From contig NGBS01000043.1 in NCBI GenBank assembly GCA_002245135.1, positions 1 through 41,779 of the forward strand: a DNA stretch of 41,779 nt, written 5' to 3'. Under the pieces are notes generated by a model that saw only the letters and a list, made by a program, of their open reading frames with translations, was not told where the DNA came from and did not search any database. Positions 1 through 11,553 of this stretch are shown in pieces. This stretch comes from Proteromonas lacertae. Its lineage: Eukaryota. Each line of letters starts with the position of its first letter. Position 1 is the stretch's first letter. The translations under genes and the position numbers were made by a program.

Positions 1-1
1 C

Positions 2-3000
2 TTTGGTGGATTAATGCCTTCTTCCCTACCAAAACCTAACCAAAATCAAAGATTTAATGATAGAATACGTGATGCTAGAGAAGTTGATAAATCATCTCAA
101 GGTGTTACCAGGAAATGGGTTTTCAATTATAAATAGAAATTACAGTACACCACAACAATGTATCATGATTTTGTTAATAATAGTGATATCAAAGATATAT
201 TACATGAACTAGCTGATACTATGAATATGATAAAATTCTTCTTCATTGTACGTTCAATTTATATATCTGATGAGTCTACTGACAGTGATGATGAAGTTTC
301 TATATTTAGTCGTAGTAGACTATGTGAAATAACAAAAATGTCTACTGTAGGTGAAATACAAACTATACTGGAGAATATATTTACACAAATATCAGAAGAT
401 GATTCAAATCATCCTCAAAGTGGTCTTACTTTTGCTAGAGTAAATACTATTGAATTATATGTAACAAAATTTAAAGTGATATGTGGAAGTAGTTTATTGT
501 TTTACCTGCTAAACTTCAAGGTCTTAGATGTTTAACAAATGTAATAAATGAAGATAATGAATGCTTTAAGTGGAGTGTACTATGCTCATTATATTCTAAT
601 AATCTACAATGTAATAAAGATAAACCTGAAAAATACAAAATGTATGAAAAGAAACATGATTGGAGTATGTTAACATTCCCTGTTGATGCTACAGACAATG
701 AATCTATTGATAAGTTTGAAACAAAGAATCGACTAAATGTCAATATATTTTATATTGATATTGGTAAAGATAAAGAAGAAATATTCTTACCCATTCATTT
801 ATCTAAACAAAAGAAATCTAAAAAAATACAGTGTTGTAAATCTATTGCTAATAAAAAATGAAGATGGAAATTCACACTATGTGACAATAAATACCTTACC
901 TGCTCTGTTTAGAAAAATGATAGATAAAAAGAATAATACTAATAATATATTTGTGTGTCCATACTGTCTCTTCTATACTTACGATGATGGATCCTTTAAT
1001 AGTCACCAAATATATGACTGTCAAGATAAAGAGAATGTATTAAGATTATTCCCTGATAAAGATGATAAAGAAAAATCATACTTAAAATTTAGACATTGGA
1101 CTCACCTCCAAACATTACCAGTTGTTATGTATTATGATACTGAAACTTATTTTGTGCCATATGATAATGAATTGAATTTAAGTAGATATAAATCTATGGA
1201 AGAAATAAATAATAATGATACTAGAATAGAATTATCAAAAACTGAGCAATCTATTATGGCTAGGCATAAGCTTTATTCTTACTGTATCTATGTAGATAGT
1301 AAAATACAAGATATAAACAGTTTTACTGTGATTAAATATAAACAAAATGAGGATCATAATATTGAAAATGATTTTGTATTGGATATATTAAATATATACG
1401 ATCAAATATGTACAGTTTACAATTATAGACTAGCTAATCCTAAACCTTTTGATGGAGATGAAATAGCTAAGGATATACATAATAAAAAGAGAAAATGTGA
1501 CTTTTGTGGTAAACCATTTAATTCTATTGATCATGTAAAGGTACTTCACCATGATCATTTCACAGGCCATTATATTGCTTCAATTGGTAGTAATGAGAAT
1601 CTAAATATCGATATAAAAAAATTAAAAGTACCAATAATAGGTCATAATGCTATGAAATATGACCAGCATTTCATAATAAAGGAATTAGCCAAATTTGCTG
1701 CAATAACTAATAGTCCACTCAATATTATACCTAATACAGATGAAAACTATAAGTTTATACAATACAAAAATTTGGTGTTTATTGACAGTTATTTATTCTT
1801 AGCAGGTTCTTTAGCAAATTTAACTAATGATCTAAAAATTACAGCAGAATTAAATAATACTAAGAAAGAAAAATTCAAAACAATTTATGAGAATTTTAAA
1901 GAATATAATGGACATTACCTAGATGATGAAATTATTGAAAAATACTTACTTCAAAAGAATTATTTTCCATATGAACATATGACATCTCTTGAAGCTTTTG
2001 AAGAAAATTTCAAAGAACTTACTATAGATGATTTTAAGTCTAAATTGAATGATAATGAAACTATTAAACCTGAAGAATTTGATTTTGCTATGGAAGTAAA
2101 TCAAATATTTGGATTTAATACTATTCGTGAATATAATTTATTTTACTTGAAAATTGATGTTTATATTCTTCAGTCTATATTTAATGATTTTAGAGATAAA
2201 ATATTTGATACTTTTCACATAGATCCTTGTTGGTATATTTCATTACCAAGCTTATCACTTGATTTATTCTTACATGTATCTGATGTGGAACTTAAATTAT
2301 TTTGTGAACCTGAATACTATGATTTTATATTGAATGGTTTATACGGTGGATTATCATATATTGGTAAGCGTAAGGAAGATGCTAATAATAAATTTATGAA
2401 AAATTATGATAAAACTTTACCTAGTAAATTCTTATTATATCAAGACTATAATTCTTTATACCCTTCAGTTATGGCTTCTTGTAAAATGCCTTTAGATGAC
2501 TTTGAATTTATTGATCCAAATTCTATTACATTAGAAAGTATACTTGATTTACCATATTATGAAGAAATGGATCAAGATAGATTAGAGAATAATGATTTTG
2601 GTTATATATTAGAAGTTGATATCGAGTTACCTATAGAACTACAAGACAAGTTTAAAGAATACCCATTACTACCTGAAAGGAAGAAAATACCTAAAGAATG
2701 GTTATCTGATATACAAACTGAAAGAGCTGAAAATCTTGGTATTATACATAAAGAAAGAGGTACTTACCATGCTACTGAGAAATTAATAACTGATTTATAT
2801 CCTAAAGAAAAATATATAATACATTACCAAAATTTGAAGTTTGCAGTTGAACATGGCTATAAAGTGGGTAAAGTGTACAGAATAATGAGATTTACTGAAG
2901 GTCTATATATGGGTAAATATATTAATACAATGGTACAAAAAAGAGTCCAAGCTAAAGAAAACAATCAAAATACTACTGCAGACTATATAAAGAAATTAAT

Positions 3001-3823
3001 GAATAGTTTATACGGTAAATTTATGGAACGTGTTGAAAAGAGAAGTAATATTTCTTTAATTACTAATGAAGACCAAATGATTAATGCTGCAAGTGATCCA
3101 TGGTTTAAAGACTTTATCATTATTGAAGGTGATTTAAGAATTGCACATTTTCATAAGAAGCTATATGAAATTAATAAACCTATACAAATTGGAATGGTTA
3201 TCTTAGCACTGTCTAAACTCAAAATGCAAAAATATTGGTATGATGTATTAGATAAAAAATATGGTTCTGATAAGCTAACACTATGTATGACTGATACTGA
3301 TAGTTTACTTTTCTCAGTTGAAACTAATGATATTTTTAAAGACTTAGAGGATCCTATCTTTAATAATTGGATTGATGGAAGCAATTTGAAAAATCCCTAT
3401 TTAGAAAATTATAAGTTGGATATACATAGAGCTGTTCATTCAGGAACATTGAATCGATTAAAATTTGAAGAACAGGATAAGAATAATAAAAACCTATATG
3501 TTATAACAAAGTTTATAGGATTAAAATCAAAATGTTATATATACGAAAAGGAGAAAGTGAATGATGATTCTGATAATAATACTAATACTGACAATCGTTG
3601 TAAAGGTATTAATGTGAAAGTATCAAGAAAAATAACTTATGATATATACAATGATTTTGTTGAATGTGCTAGTAAAAGTCAAAAATATGAAGTATGTCAA
3701 ATCAAATCAATACATCATAATGTTTATACAACAGTACAAAACAAAATTGGCTTAACCTATTATGATGATAAAAGATATTTTTTTGATAAATACAATACAT
3801 TACCATATGGATATAAAAAATAA
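2..3823 (+). pseudogene. Protein-primed family B DNA polymerase (Polinton/Maverick/adintovirus type), N-terminus disrupted
   Basis: ORF 737-3823 has ExoI YYDTET, ExoII GHNAMKYD, FIDSY, ExoIII YLKIDV, LYGG, motif A DYNSLYP, motif B KKLMNSLYGK and motif C MTDTDS. It also has a CPYC Zn-finger and an endonuclease VII-like CDFC...HHDHFTG segment. The upstream pieces (158-535 and the frame of 640-861, with GSS..LP and NEDNECFKW) join via 1-nt shifts in the T-run at 493-495 and the A-run at 820-826. There is an in-frame TAG at 134-136. Confidence 0.92.
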
Positions 3824-3844
3824 TAATTAAAACAATTAATATTG

Positions 3845-6800
3845 TTAATATTCTTCTTCTACAAATTTTGGATTAATTAAATTAATAAAATCATCTATTT
3901 CTTCATCTACTTTTTTATGATAAGACTTCTTTTTAACTTTACGATTTGCTAATTTAACATCATTAGCATTAACTTTTCGTTTATTAAATTCTTCTAATGC
4001 ATTTTCAGTTACTTCTTGTTCTTCTTTCTTCTTACTTATATAATACTCTTCAGGCATTGTAGGTAATGGATCTTTTCTTTCTATTCTCACTTTTTCTCAT
4101 TATCTAATAACTTATCTAGAAAGTCTTTATTTTGTTTAGTTTTTCTTGTCATATGTTTTCTTTTAACTATATAATCATGATCAGGATCTTGATCAAGCAT
4201 TTGTGCGCTTTTATTCAAAGTAAGAGTTTCAGGATTGATAAGTCTATTTCGTTCAAGTTGATTGTATACTTCGTCTATATTTATTCTATCATCATTATCA
4301 TATGAATTGTCATCTGTAACATCTTCCTCTTCATCATCAAGCTCTTTTACACTCTTATAATCATCATCATCATCTTCAAAATCATGTAAAGTATCATATG
4401 ATACTACACCTAATTTCATAGGTTTTTTCATTTCTGAATAAGATGATGCTGCAGGAGGTGGTGGAGGAGGTGGTGGAGGTTCTCTTATATCCATATCATT
4501 ACAAGTAATTTTATTTGCATTATTAACTGCTTTAGCTAAATAACCATCAATAATAGCTTGCTTTTCATTAATTTCTTTTAATTTTGTAGACATATTCTGG
4601 TTATATAACTGATCTTGATGTTTTATTTTTTTCTTTAATTCTTTTGTATTTGAATGTAAAACATCTATCTCATTAGTAATTGTCATTATAGTTTCTTCAC
4701 TCTGTTTTATCTGTTCTTTTAATGAAGCAATTTCAGATTCATACTTCTTTTGTAATTTTTCATAATTAGCTTTTTCTTCTGTATTGTCTTTTTCGCTATT
4801 CTTCAATAATTCTGATATTACACTATATTCTTCTTGAAGTTCTTTTAAATCTTTAACTTTAGTTGCATGATCCAATTTTAGTTTTTCTATTGATATATTA
4901 TTAGATTTCAAATCATTTTGTGCAGACTCATAGTTTATGAGTAATTGTCTTTTTTCTTGCTCTAAGGTACTAATATTTTGAATCATAGTAGATTTTTCTT
5001 GTTCATTATAATTATTTCTATATTCATTGAAATCGTTAGTTAATTTGTTATAATTATTCTTATAATTTTCTATTTCATTATTTCTCATATTGATTTCAGC
5101 TATGTAATTTCTTTTTTCATTTTCAGCTTGGATTAAATGGTTATTCAATTGAGTATTTATTAATGACTTTTCTTCTCTTAATTTATTGTTTTCTTCTTCT
5201 AATTCATAAATACGCTTTGCAGAATTTTCTTGAAGACATTCGATGTCAGCTTGGAATTTTCTGGATTCTTCATTTTTATTATTTTCAAGTTGACGATATT
5301 TTTGTTCTAGTGCTTTAAATAATTGTATTTGTTCCTCTAATTCTGATTTATTTTTACTTAGCTCATTTTTAACTGTATTTTTATCTCTTTTCAATATATC
5401 TATATCCTGTTGATATTTTGTATTATGTACAATTAATTTATCTCTTTCATCTTTATGTTTCTTAATTCATTTTTTAACATTTCTTTCTCATTTTCAATTT
5501 CTACTATTTTTTGCTTTGCACTATTCATTTGAATTATAAATTGATTTTGTTTATCTTCATCATCATCATCTCTTCTCTTTGAATTATCTCTTTCTTTAAT
5601 ATAGTTTTCTTTTGCTATTTTATACTCTTTTTTATATTTTTTCAATTCTTCATTAAGGCTATTGATTGTAGCATTTAAATCACCTATAGTATTCCTGTAA
5701 TTATTAATAGATTGATTTAACACATTAATTTGAATTTTATAGTCATTTGTTTCATCTGATAAATTTTTATTAGCTAATTCAAGTCTATTTTTTTCATTAT
5801 TTAAATTTAATAGATTTTGAGTATCCAAATTTCTTTGTTCATTTAAATTATTAATATTTGATAACAAATCATTCTTTTCTCTATTTGCATTATTTAAATC
5901 ATCTGTTAATTTAAACTTGTCTACATTTAATTGATCTATTGTACTTTTATATTCTGATAATTCTTTATATAAATCATTTGCTTTCCATTGAGCATCGTTT
6001 CTCATATTATCAGCTGTTTCAATATCTAATTTAAGTGCTTGATTTTCTCTTTTTAAAGCATTTAATTCTTCAACTTTTTCAGCTTTGAAATTTGCTAATT
6101 CTTGCTCATATTCTTCTTTGCTTTTTCTATTAGCTTCTGCAGCTTCTCTTATTTCTTGAACACCTAATTCATATCTTTCTTTATATTCAGCTACTTTACT
6201 TTCTAACTCTTTTTTTTGTTCTTCTAAATATTGAATTCTTTCTTCAGCTTCTTTTTTCTGTGATAAAGCTTCTTTTAATTCTTTTATTTTTTCTTTCTTT
6301 TCTTGTTTAGATAAAGGAACAAATTTTGAAGGTGATGAATTACCAATTCTATTAGGTGCAGTTGGACCTGGTAGCATAGGTGCAGAATTGTTCATTTCAT
6401 CATTTTCTTCTTCCATTTCACCATCAGCAGTTAAAAATGATTCTGTTGAAGACATTGAGTCTGACATACCTACTCCTCCGCTGGAGGCGGATTTACTACC
6501 ATCCGTGGGAGGGGTTATATAGTCACTACCTAAATGTCTACGTTTATATATTTCAAAATCTTCTGTTGCGCTTCTACCTCCCCTACCACCTCTACCTCTC
6601 CTACCTCCCCTACCACCTCTATCTAAAGGATGTCTAGAAAATGATGATGATGAGAAATGAGAAGGGTAATTACTAGATAAAAGATGAGGATTAGAGATGC
6701 CTCCGTTTAGCTAGTATATCACCTGGTGCTGCTGAACTTAATTTATCATATGGATTTCTTGAGTTGAATGGTAAAATTGGTAATGTATTATTGATAACAT

Positions 6801-7236
6801 TTAAATTGTCTTTAACATTTTTGAAACTATCATATGGTAATGATCTTAACAAAGCAGATTGAATTGAACCAAAAAATTTATCTCTATCTTGTGCAGTTAC
6901 TAATCCTTTTACTAATGCATCATAATAACTTTGTAATGCTAACTTCTTTTCTTGAGGTATGTTAGGATCATTCAATAAAGCAGGAATCATTTTCAAATCA
7001 TTCTGAGTAAGTATCTGATTTATATTGAATTGTTTAAAGGATGCTTCCCTCATTTTATTCCTCATAACATGTTCCTCAGCATTATCTAAATTAAGTGGAT
7101 TGCCAATTCTCTTTCTCAATGCTTTATTGAATTTATTAACTTTTGCTCTTCTTTTAATTCGTCTTAATATACGCTTTGTTAAATAATGTTTTAAACTCTT
7201 TTTGTTATGTTTAGATGACTTTTTAGGTTTTGACAT
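3845..7236 (-). pseudogene. Large (~1130 aa) basic/RGG/coiled-coil/poly-Pro/acidic protein, split into four ORFs by three 1-nt indels
   Basis: ORFs 6691-7236, 5433-6467, 4087-5394 and 3845-4090 join with single-base corrections in A-runs near 6707, 5460 and 4093. The frame upstream of ATG 6467 is open to 6707 and encodes RGGRGGRRGRGGRGGR. Confidence 0.7.
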
Positions 7237-7290
7237 AAAAAATATATATAATCAAAAATATATAAAGAAATTAGTGAATATAATTTATAA

Positions 7291-7746
7291 TTAAAAATAA
7301 ACTGGCATCACAGCATTATCACCAGGCATAGGTGCATTAGGTGGTGGTATTTTTAAACCATTACCACTACTTTGTTTTGTTTGTGCATATGGATCACTAT
7401 CACATGGTAACCTAATTGATTTTGATTTTTGTGTTTGTTGTTGTTGTTGTTGTTGCTCTAAATATATATTACTTGTATCTTGCTTGTTTTTTAATTTGTT
7501 CATTCTTGCTTCTCTTGCTTTGGCTAGATTTTCTGCTCTTTTCTTTCTAGTCTCTTCACTAAGCTTAGATACTGGTTTATCACTAGCATGATTTAAGTTA
7601 TATAACAATTCAGCAATTTGTCTATCTGTCTTACTCATGTCTTTAGCTAAAGGTGTATCATAATCATAATCATTATCATCAGAAGATGATGAATCATCAT
7701 CATAATAATCTCTAGTATATCTTCTACTATATCGAGTGTTATACAT
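7291..7746 (-). CDS. Hypothetical element protein (low complexity, KRAENLAKAREAR helix, poly-Gln)
   Basis: Open ORF with first ATG at 7746 (the track start at 7809 is TTG). Co-oriented with the neighbouring element genes. Confidence 0.6.
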   Translation of the reverse strand: MYNTRYSRRYTRDYYDDDSSSSDDNDYDYDTPLAKDMSKTDRQIAELLYNLNHASDKPVSKLSEETRKKRAENLAKAREARMNKLKNKQDTSNIYLEQQQQQQQTQKSKSIRLPCDSDPYAQTKQSSGNGLKIPPPNAPMPGDNAVMPVYF

Positions 7747-7811
7747 TATTATGTTATTTTTATTATATATAAAAACAATAAGAAATTTGCAAATGAATAA
7801 TAAAATCAATT

Positions 7812-8537
7812 TTAAGTTGTTAATTTATAAGCTAAAAAATTTTGAAGATCATTCTGAGGATTGTATAAACCTCTATGGTTAAATCCACATGGCTTAGCCA
7901 AACCATTCAAAATAGGTCTATTTTTTGGTACTTCAGTAATTGCTCAATTCATTGCTAATTTAAGTCCGCCATTTTGTCCAAATCTTTTACCTCCCCTATG
8001 TCTTCTTCTACGTTTTCCATAACCATAATTACTAGCAGTGGAACTTATCTTATTTGCTATATCACCAATTTTACTTAAACCAAGAGTATTAGCTACACTA
8101 CCTACTTTACCTGATATATTACTAATATATTTCTTATCTTTTAAAGTGTTATTTATCTCTTTAGCTTTCTCAATACCTCTTGTAATATTGTCTTTTGTAG
8201 CTATTTTTCTTATTTTATTCCATCCTTTCTTAAACAAACTACCTAAACCAGCTCCCTTCCGTTTTCTAGTATGAAATGAAACAACTTTACCAGATTTTGT
8301 CCTAAACTTAACAGTTCCACCACCAGTCATAGATGAAGTATCACCTAAGAATCTACCATCAGGTGTAAATTGTGACATTCTAGTAACTCTATGTCTTGCA
8401 ACCCTACCTCTGCGCCTTCTCTTACCATATCCCATATTCTCTATACTGTTACTAATAGCTGGTCCAGCAAATGGTATTAAACTAGCTGCACCTGATAGAA
8501 TTTTAGATTTTTTTAACCAATCTTTAAACTTACCCAT
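7812..8537 (-). CDS. Basic, Gly/Arg/Lys-rich putative virion core (pVII/pX-like) precursor
   Basis: Repeated MGYG-KRRRR, MTGGG, KGAG, YGYG-KRRRR and NGG motifs resemble adenain cleavage sites. The TGA at 7944-7946 is followed by 43 more open codons to a TAA at 7812, so it may be a premature stop. Confidence 0.6.
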
Positions 8538-8632
8538 TAATTAAATAACATAAATATATATATATTAAAAAACGTTAAGAATTTATCAAATGAATTGATA
8601 TTCAATAAATTCTTATAGTTATTAATTATATA

Positions 8633-9193
8633 ATGTTTAAAAGATATATCACAAATGACTATATAGGCTCAGGTGATTTACATAAAGAAGATGCACTCTC
8701 AAATTTTGATATTGAAAAAATCATTAAAAAAATGTTTCCTAGACTACTAAAATATTTTAAAGGTGTTATACTATGGGATGAACTTAGCAAAATAGGTCAA
8801 CTATGTAAAAATGAAGATGTTTGGTGTGTTATACTTTGTACTAATACAACTAAAGATCCTGTAAGTAAAATAGGTCATTGGGTTAGTTTATGTGTTAACA
8901 ATAATACTAGAAGGATAATGTACTATGATAGTTTTGGAGATAAACCTAAACAAATAACAAAGTTTTAAAAAGTTTTGACAAAATTAAAAAAATATCCTAA
9001 TGATGAATATAAGATTAAAATAAACAGAGTGAAAAATCAAAGAGTTGATAGTGTAAGATGCGGTTATCATGCAATTTTGTTTTTAGTTGATATCATAGTA
9101 AATAACAAATCATTTGTGCAAGCAACAAATTTTAATTCATTAAAAGGAGAAAAAAGAGCAAAAATGTTAGAATCAAAATTTAAAACTATATAA
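8633..9193 (+). pseudogene. Adenain/Ulp1-fold cysteine protease (virion maturation protease) with one in-frame stop
   Basis: Catalytic motifs GHWV, YYDSFG, NQ and RCGYH are split across ORFs 8633-8968 and 8975-9193. The two ORFs are in the same frame, separated only by TAA at 8966-8968. Confidence 0.88.
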
Positions 9194-10058
9194 TTTTTAT
9201 TCTTTTTCTTTTATTATTGTGTGTAAACAATTTGGTATACAATTTCATTAATGATTGTGTCTTTCTTCTACGCTTTTTACCTAAACCATGTATTCTACGT
9301 TTAGCTGTTTCTCTATCATCAATAGCTCTTTGATTAATACTATCTCGATTTGCATTTCTCATATAATCATCAATTTTTAAATAATTATTTTCATCTTTAT
9401 CATCTAATCTTGCATCTTTTAATACATAAATATTATCTTTCAAAGATACTGGTACTATCAATTCTACTGTATCTCCTATCTTAACAAAGAATGGATAGTT
9501 ATAGAATTTGTGAATTCCATCACCTGGTATATCGCATGACATATAATCAAACATTGGATCACTTATTACATACCATGCTCTATCACTTTCTTGAGATACT
9601 ATTACTTTGATTTGTTTACATTTGATTTTTTTATCGTTAGGCCAATTTTTATCATAATCCATACCTATTAATACTTTTATGTTTTTATTTTCCTCCTCAT
9701 CATCTGATAGAATATTAATACATGGATTATATATGTATATTTCCTGCTTAGCTTGTCTTTCATTAAATACTGTTCCTCGATGATTCTTTAACCAATATTC
9801 TAATAAACCAGTAAATGAATATATATTTCTATTGTAATCATATCCATAGAACATCATATTGATACTACTGTAATTTTGAGGTATATCATTTACTTCAGTC
9901 GCATTATATTTAGATCTAGGTAATAAAGGTAAATTGATGTTTTCTTCTCTAACCCAATCAGTAAAGAACATATAACTCTTATTTGAATTTTCATCTACAA
10001 TTGTACAAGGTGGATTATGATTATGTATAAATGCAGCTTTTGATAAGAATAAGTACAA
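9186..10058 (-). CDS. Hypothetical element protein, 5'-truncated (possible structural protein)
   Basis: 290-codon ORF with no ATG at its 5' end. The C-terminal HGLG-KKRRRK motif resembles those in the core-like protein. Confidence 0.5.
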   Translation of the reverse strand: MYLFLSKAAFIHNHNPPCTIVDENSNKSYMFFTDWVREENINLPLLPRSKYNATEVNDIPQNYSSINMMFYGYDYNRNIYSFTGLLEYWLKNHRGTVFNERQAKQEIYIYNPCINILSDDEEENKNIKVLIGMDYDKNWPNDKKIKCKQIKVIVSQESDRAWYVISDPMFDYMSCDIPGDGIHKFYNYPFFVKIGDTVELIVPVSLKDNIYVLKDARLDDKDENNYLKIDDYMRNANRDSINQRAIDDRETAKRRIHGLGKKRRRKTQSLMKLYTKLFTHNNKRKRIKII

Positions 10059-10070
10059 GTTCTTTCATGA

Positions 10071-11417
10071 TTTAGCTGGAATTTCAGCCAACAGAGCTAT
10101 TACACTTGCGATGAATCTACAGGTAAACTGTATTTTAAAGGAAGAGAAGTCATTAAATTGGAAGATTCATTCGACTTCTTAGACAAGTTACATAGAGATA
10201 ATGCCCATTGTAAAGAATCATCTTTAAGAGACGTAATTAATGATCCAGTTCATGGTTATTATGGTATTAACAGAAAGATGATTAGAGCTTATTTGACAAC
10301 CTGCTATGATTGTATTAAACTTAAGGAGGCTAAAAGAGTACAACCAACACATCCTATTGTTGTTACAAGACCTAGAGAAAGAGTTTTGATTGATCTTGTA
10401 GAAATGGACAATTGTAATGAAGATTACACGAACATAAAAGAAGAAGATCTCTACCATTATATCTTAACTGTCATCGACCATTACTCTAATTTTATCATGT
10501 TATATGCCCAGAAACGCAAAACAGATAAAGAAACAGTGAAAAATGTACAATCTTTTATAAGAATCTTTGGTCCTCCAGAAATTATGCAGATGGATAATGG
10601 TAAAGAATTCAAAAATGCTTTAATGAAAGATATGCTTAGTAAATATGGTATTATAATTGCGCATAGCAAGCCAAGACACCCACAGTGCAATAGTAAAGCG
10701 GAGAGATATAATAGATTCATTAAAGAAAAGATAGCAGCTATGAAGGTTGATAATCCTGATGTTTATTGGACTGAATACTTGGAAAGAATAACAGAAATAA
10801 TTAATAATCATAGATGCAGAAGAACAAATTGTAAAGGAAGATCCTTATTCTTTATGGACATGAAAGAGTTGATGATTCAGAATAAGAAGTTTAAACCAGA
10901 TTATACTAATATAGAAGGTGATGATAATGATGGTAATGATGACAGTGATGGCGAAGAAGTTAAAGCAGACAGTGAATATGAAGAAGAAGAAGGTGCTAAT
11001 GTCGTTAATGGCAATAATGGTGGTTCTGATTATGTTATAGATGTAGATGAAGATGGTAATGATAGCGATAATAGTGATGATGGTGGTAATAGTGGTAATG
11101 GTGAAGTAACAATAATGGAAGAAGAAGATTATAAAGATAGAATCAGAAAAGATATAACACAAAATGGAAATATAATAGAACAGTTTCAAGATTATATAGA
11201 CAAAAGAAACTTCAATTATAATAACAAAATGAGAGATGATTCCATTAAGAAATTAGGAAATAAACTAGTTAATCCAGAACATGGAGATGTGGTTATTACA
11301 GCTGTGAAAAGAAAGATGTGCCAAGATGAAAAGAGTCTAGCATTAGTTAGAGATGATAAAGTTAATAAAAAGCAATATTTAGTGTATATTATTAAATTAT
11401 TACTATCTAATGAATAG
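10071..11417 (+). CDS. Retroviral-like DDE integrase (rve) of KRBA2/SCAND3/Ginger2-Tdd type with HHCC Zn-finger; first coding exon of a spliced integrase-protease gene
   Basis: Motifs LH...AH...CYDC, RVLIDLVEM, ILTVIDHYS, FGPPEIMQMDNGKEF and PRHPQCNSKAERYN, followed by an acidic linker. The frame is open from 10071 with no ATG. Confidence 0.92.
   Translation, partial: FSWNFSQQSYYTCDESTGKLYFKGREVIKLEDSFDFLDKLHRDNAHCKESSLRDVINDPVHGYYGINRKMIRAYLTTCYDCIKLKEAKRVQPTHPIVVTRPRERVLIDLVEMDNCNEDYTNIKEEDLYHYILTVIDHYSNFIMLYAQKRKTDKETVKNVQSFIRIFGPPEIMQMDNGKEFKNALMKDMLSKYGIIIAHSKPRHPQCNSKAERYNRFIKEKIAAMKVDNPDVYWTEYLERITEIINNHRCRRTNCKGRSLFFMDMKELMIQNKKFKPDYTNIEGDDNDGNDDSDGEEVKADSEYEEEEGANVVNGNNGGSDYVIDVDEDGNDSDNSDDGGNSGNGEVTIMEEEDYKDRIRKDITQNGNIIEQFQDYIDKRNFNYNNKMRDDSIKKLGNKLVNPEHGDVVITAVKRKMCQDEKSLALVRDDKVNKKQYLVYIIKLLLSNE
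11384..11417 (+). other. Predicted 34-nt spliceosomal intron
   Basis: GTATATT...GAATAG. Removal deletes the integrase stop codon and opens exon 11418-11523. Confidence 0.7.
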
Positions 11418-11523
11418 AAATGAAAACATGCAAATTCCATTAGTATCATCTACACCTTTAATAAAGCTTGAAGTTTCATCAGAATTATTAGAGAATATGA
11501 AGAAAACAGCAGACAAAATACTA

Positions 11524-11553
11524 GTATATTTGATGATAATTTATATTAAATAG
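11524..11553 (+). other. Predicted 30-nt spliceosomal intron
   Basis: GTATATTTGATGATAATTTATATTAAATAG. Removal puts the middle exon in frame with ORF 11617-13050. Confidence 0.72.

Noticed and set aside
490..6710. Programmed ribosomal frameshifting in pPolB and the coiled-coil gene
   Set aside because: The shifts go in both directions and lie in short homopolymer runs. This is typical of long-read error or mutational decay.
10224..11449. Minus-strand ORFs overlapping the integrase, and similar short antisense ORFs elsewhere
   Set aside because: They are shadow ORFs of real genes in AT-rich DNA with no recognisable motifs.
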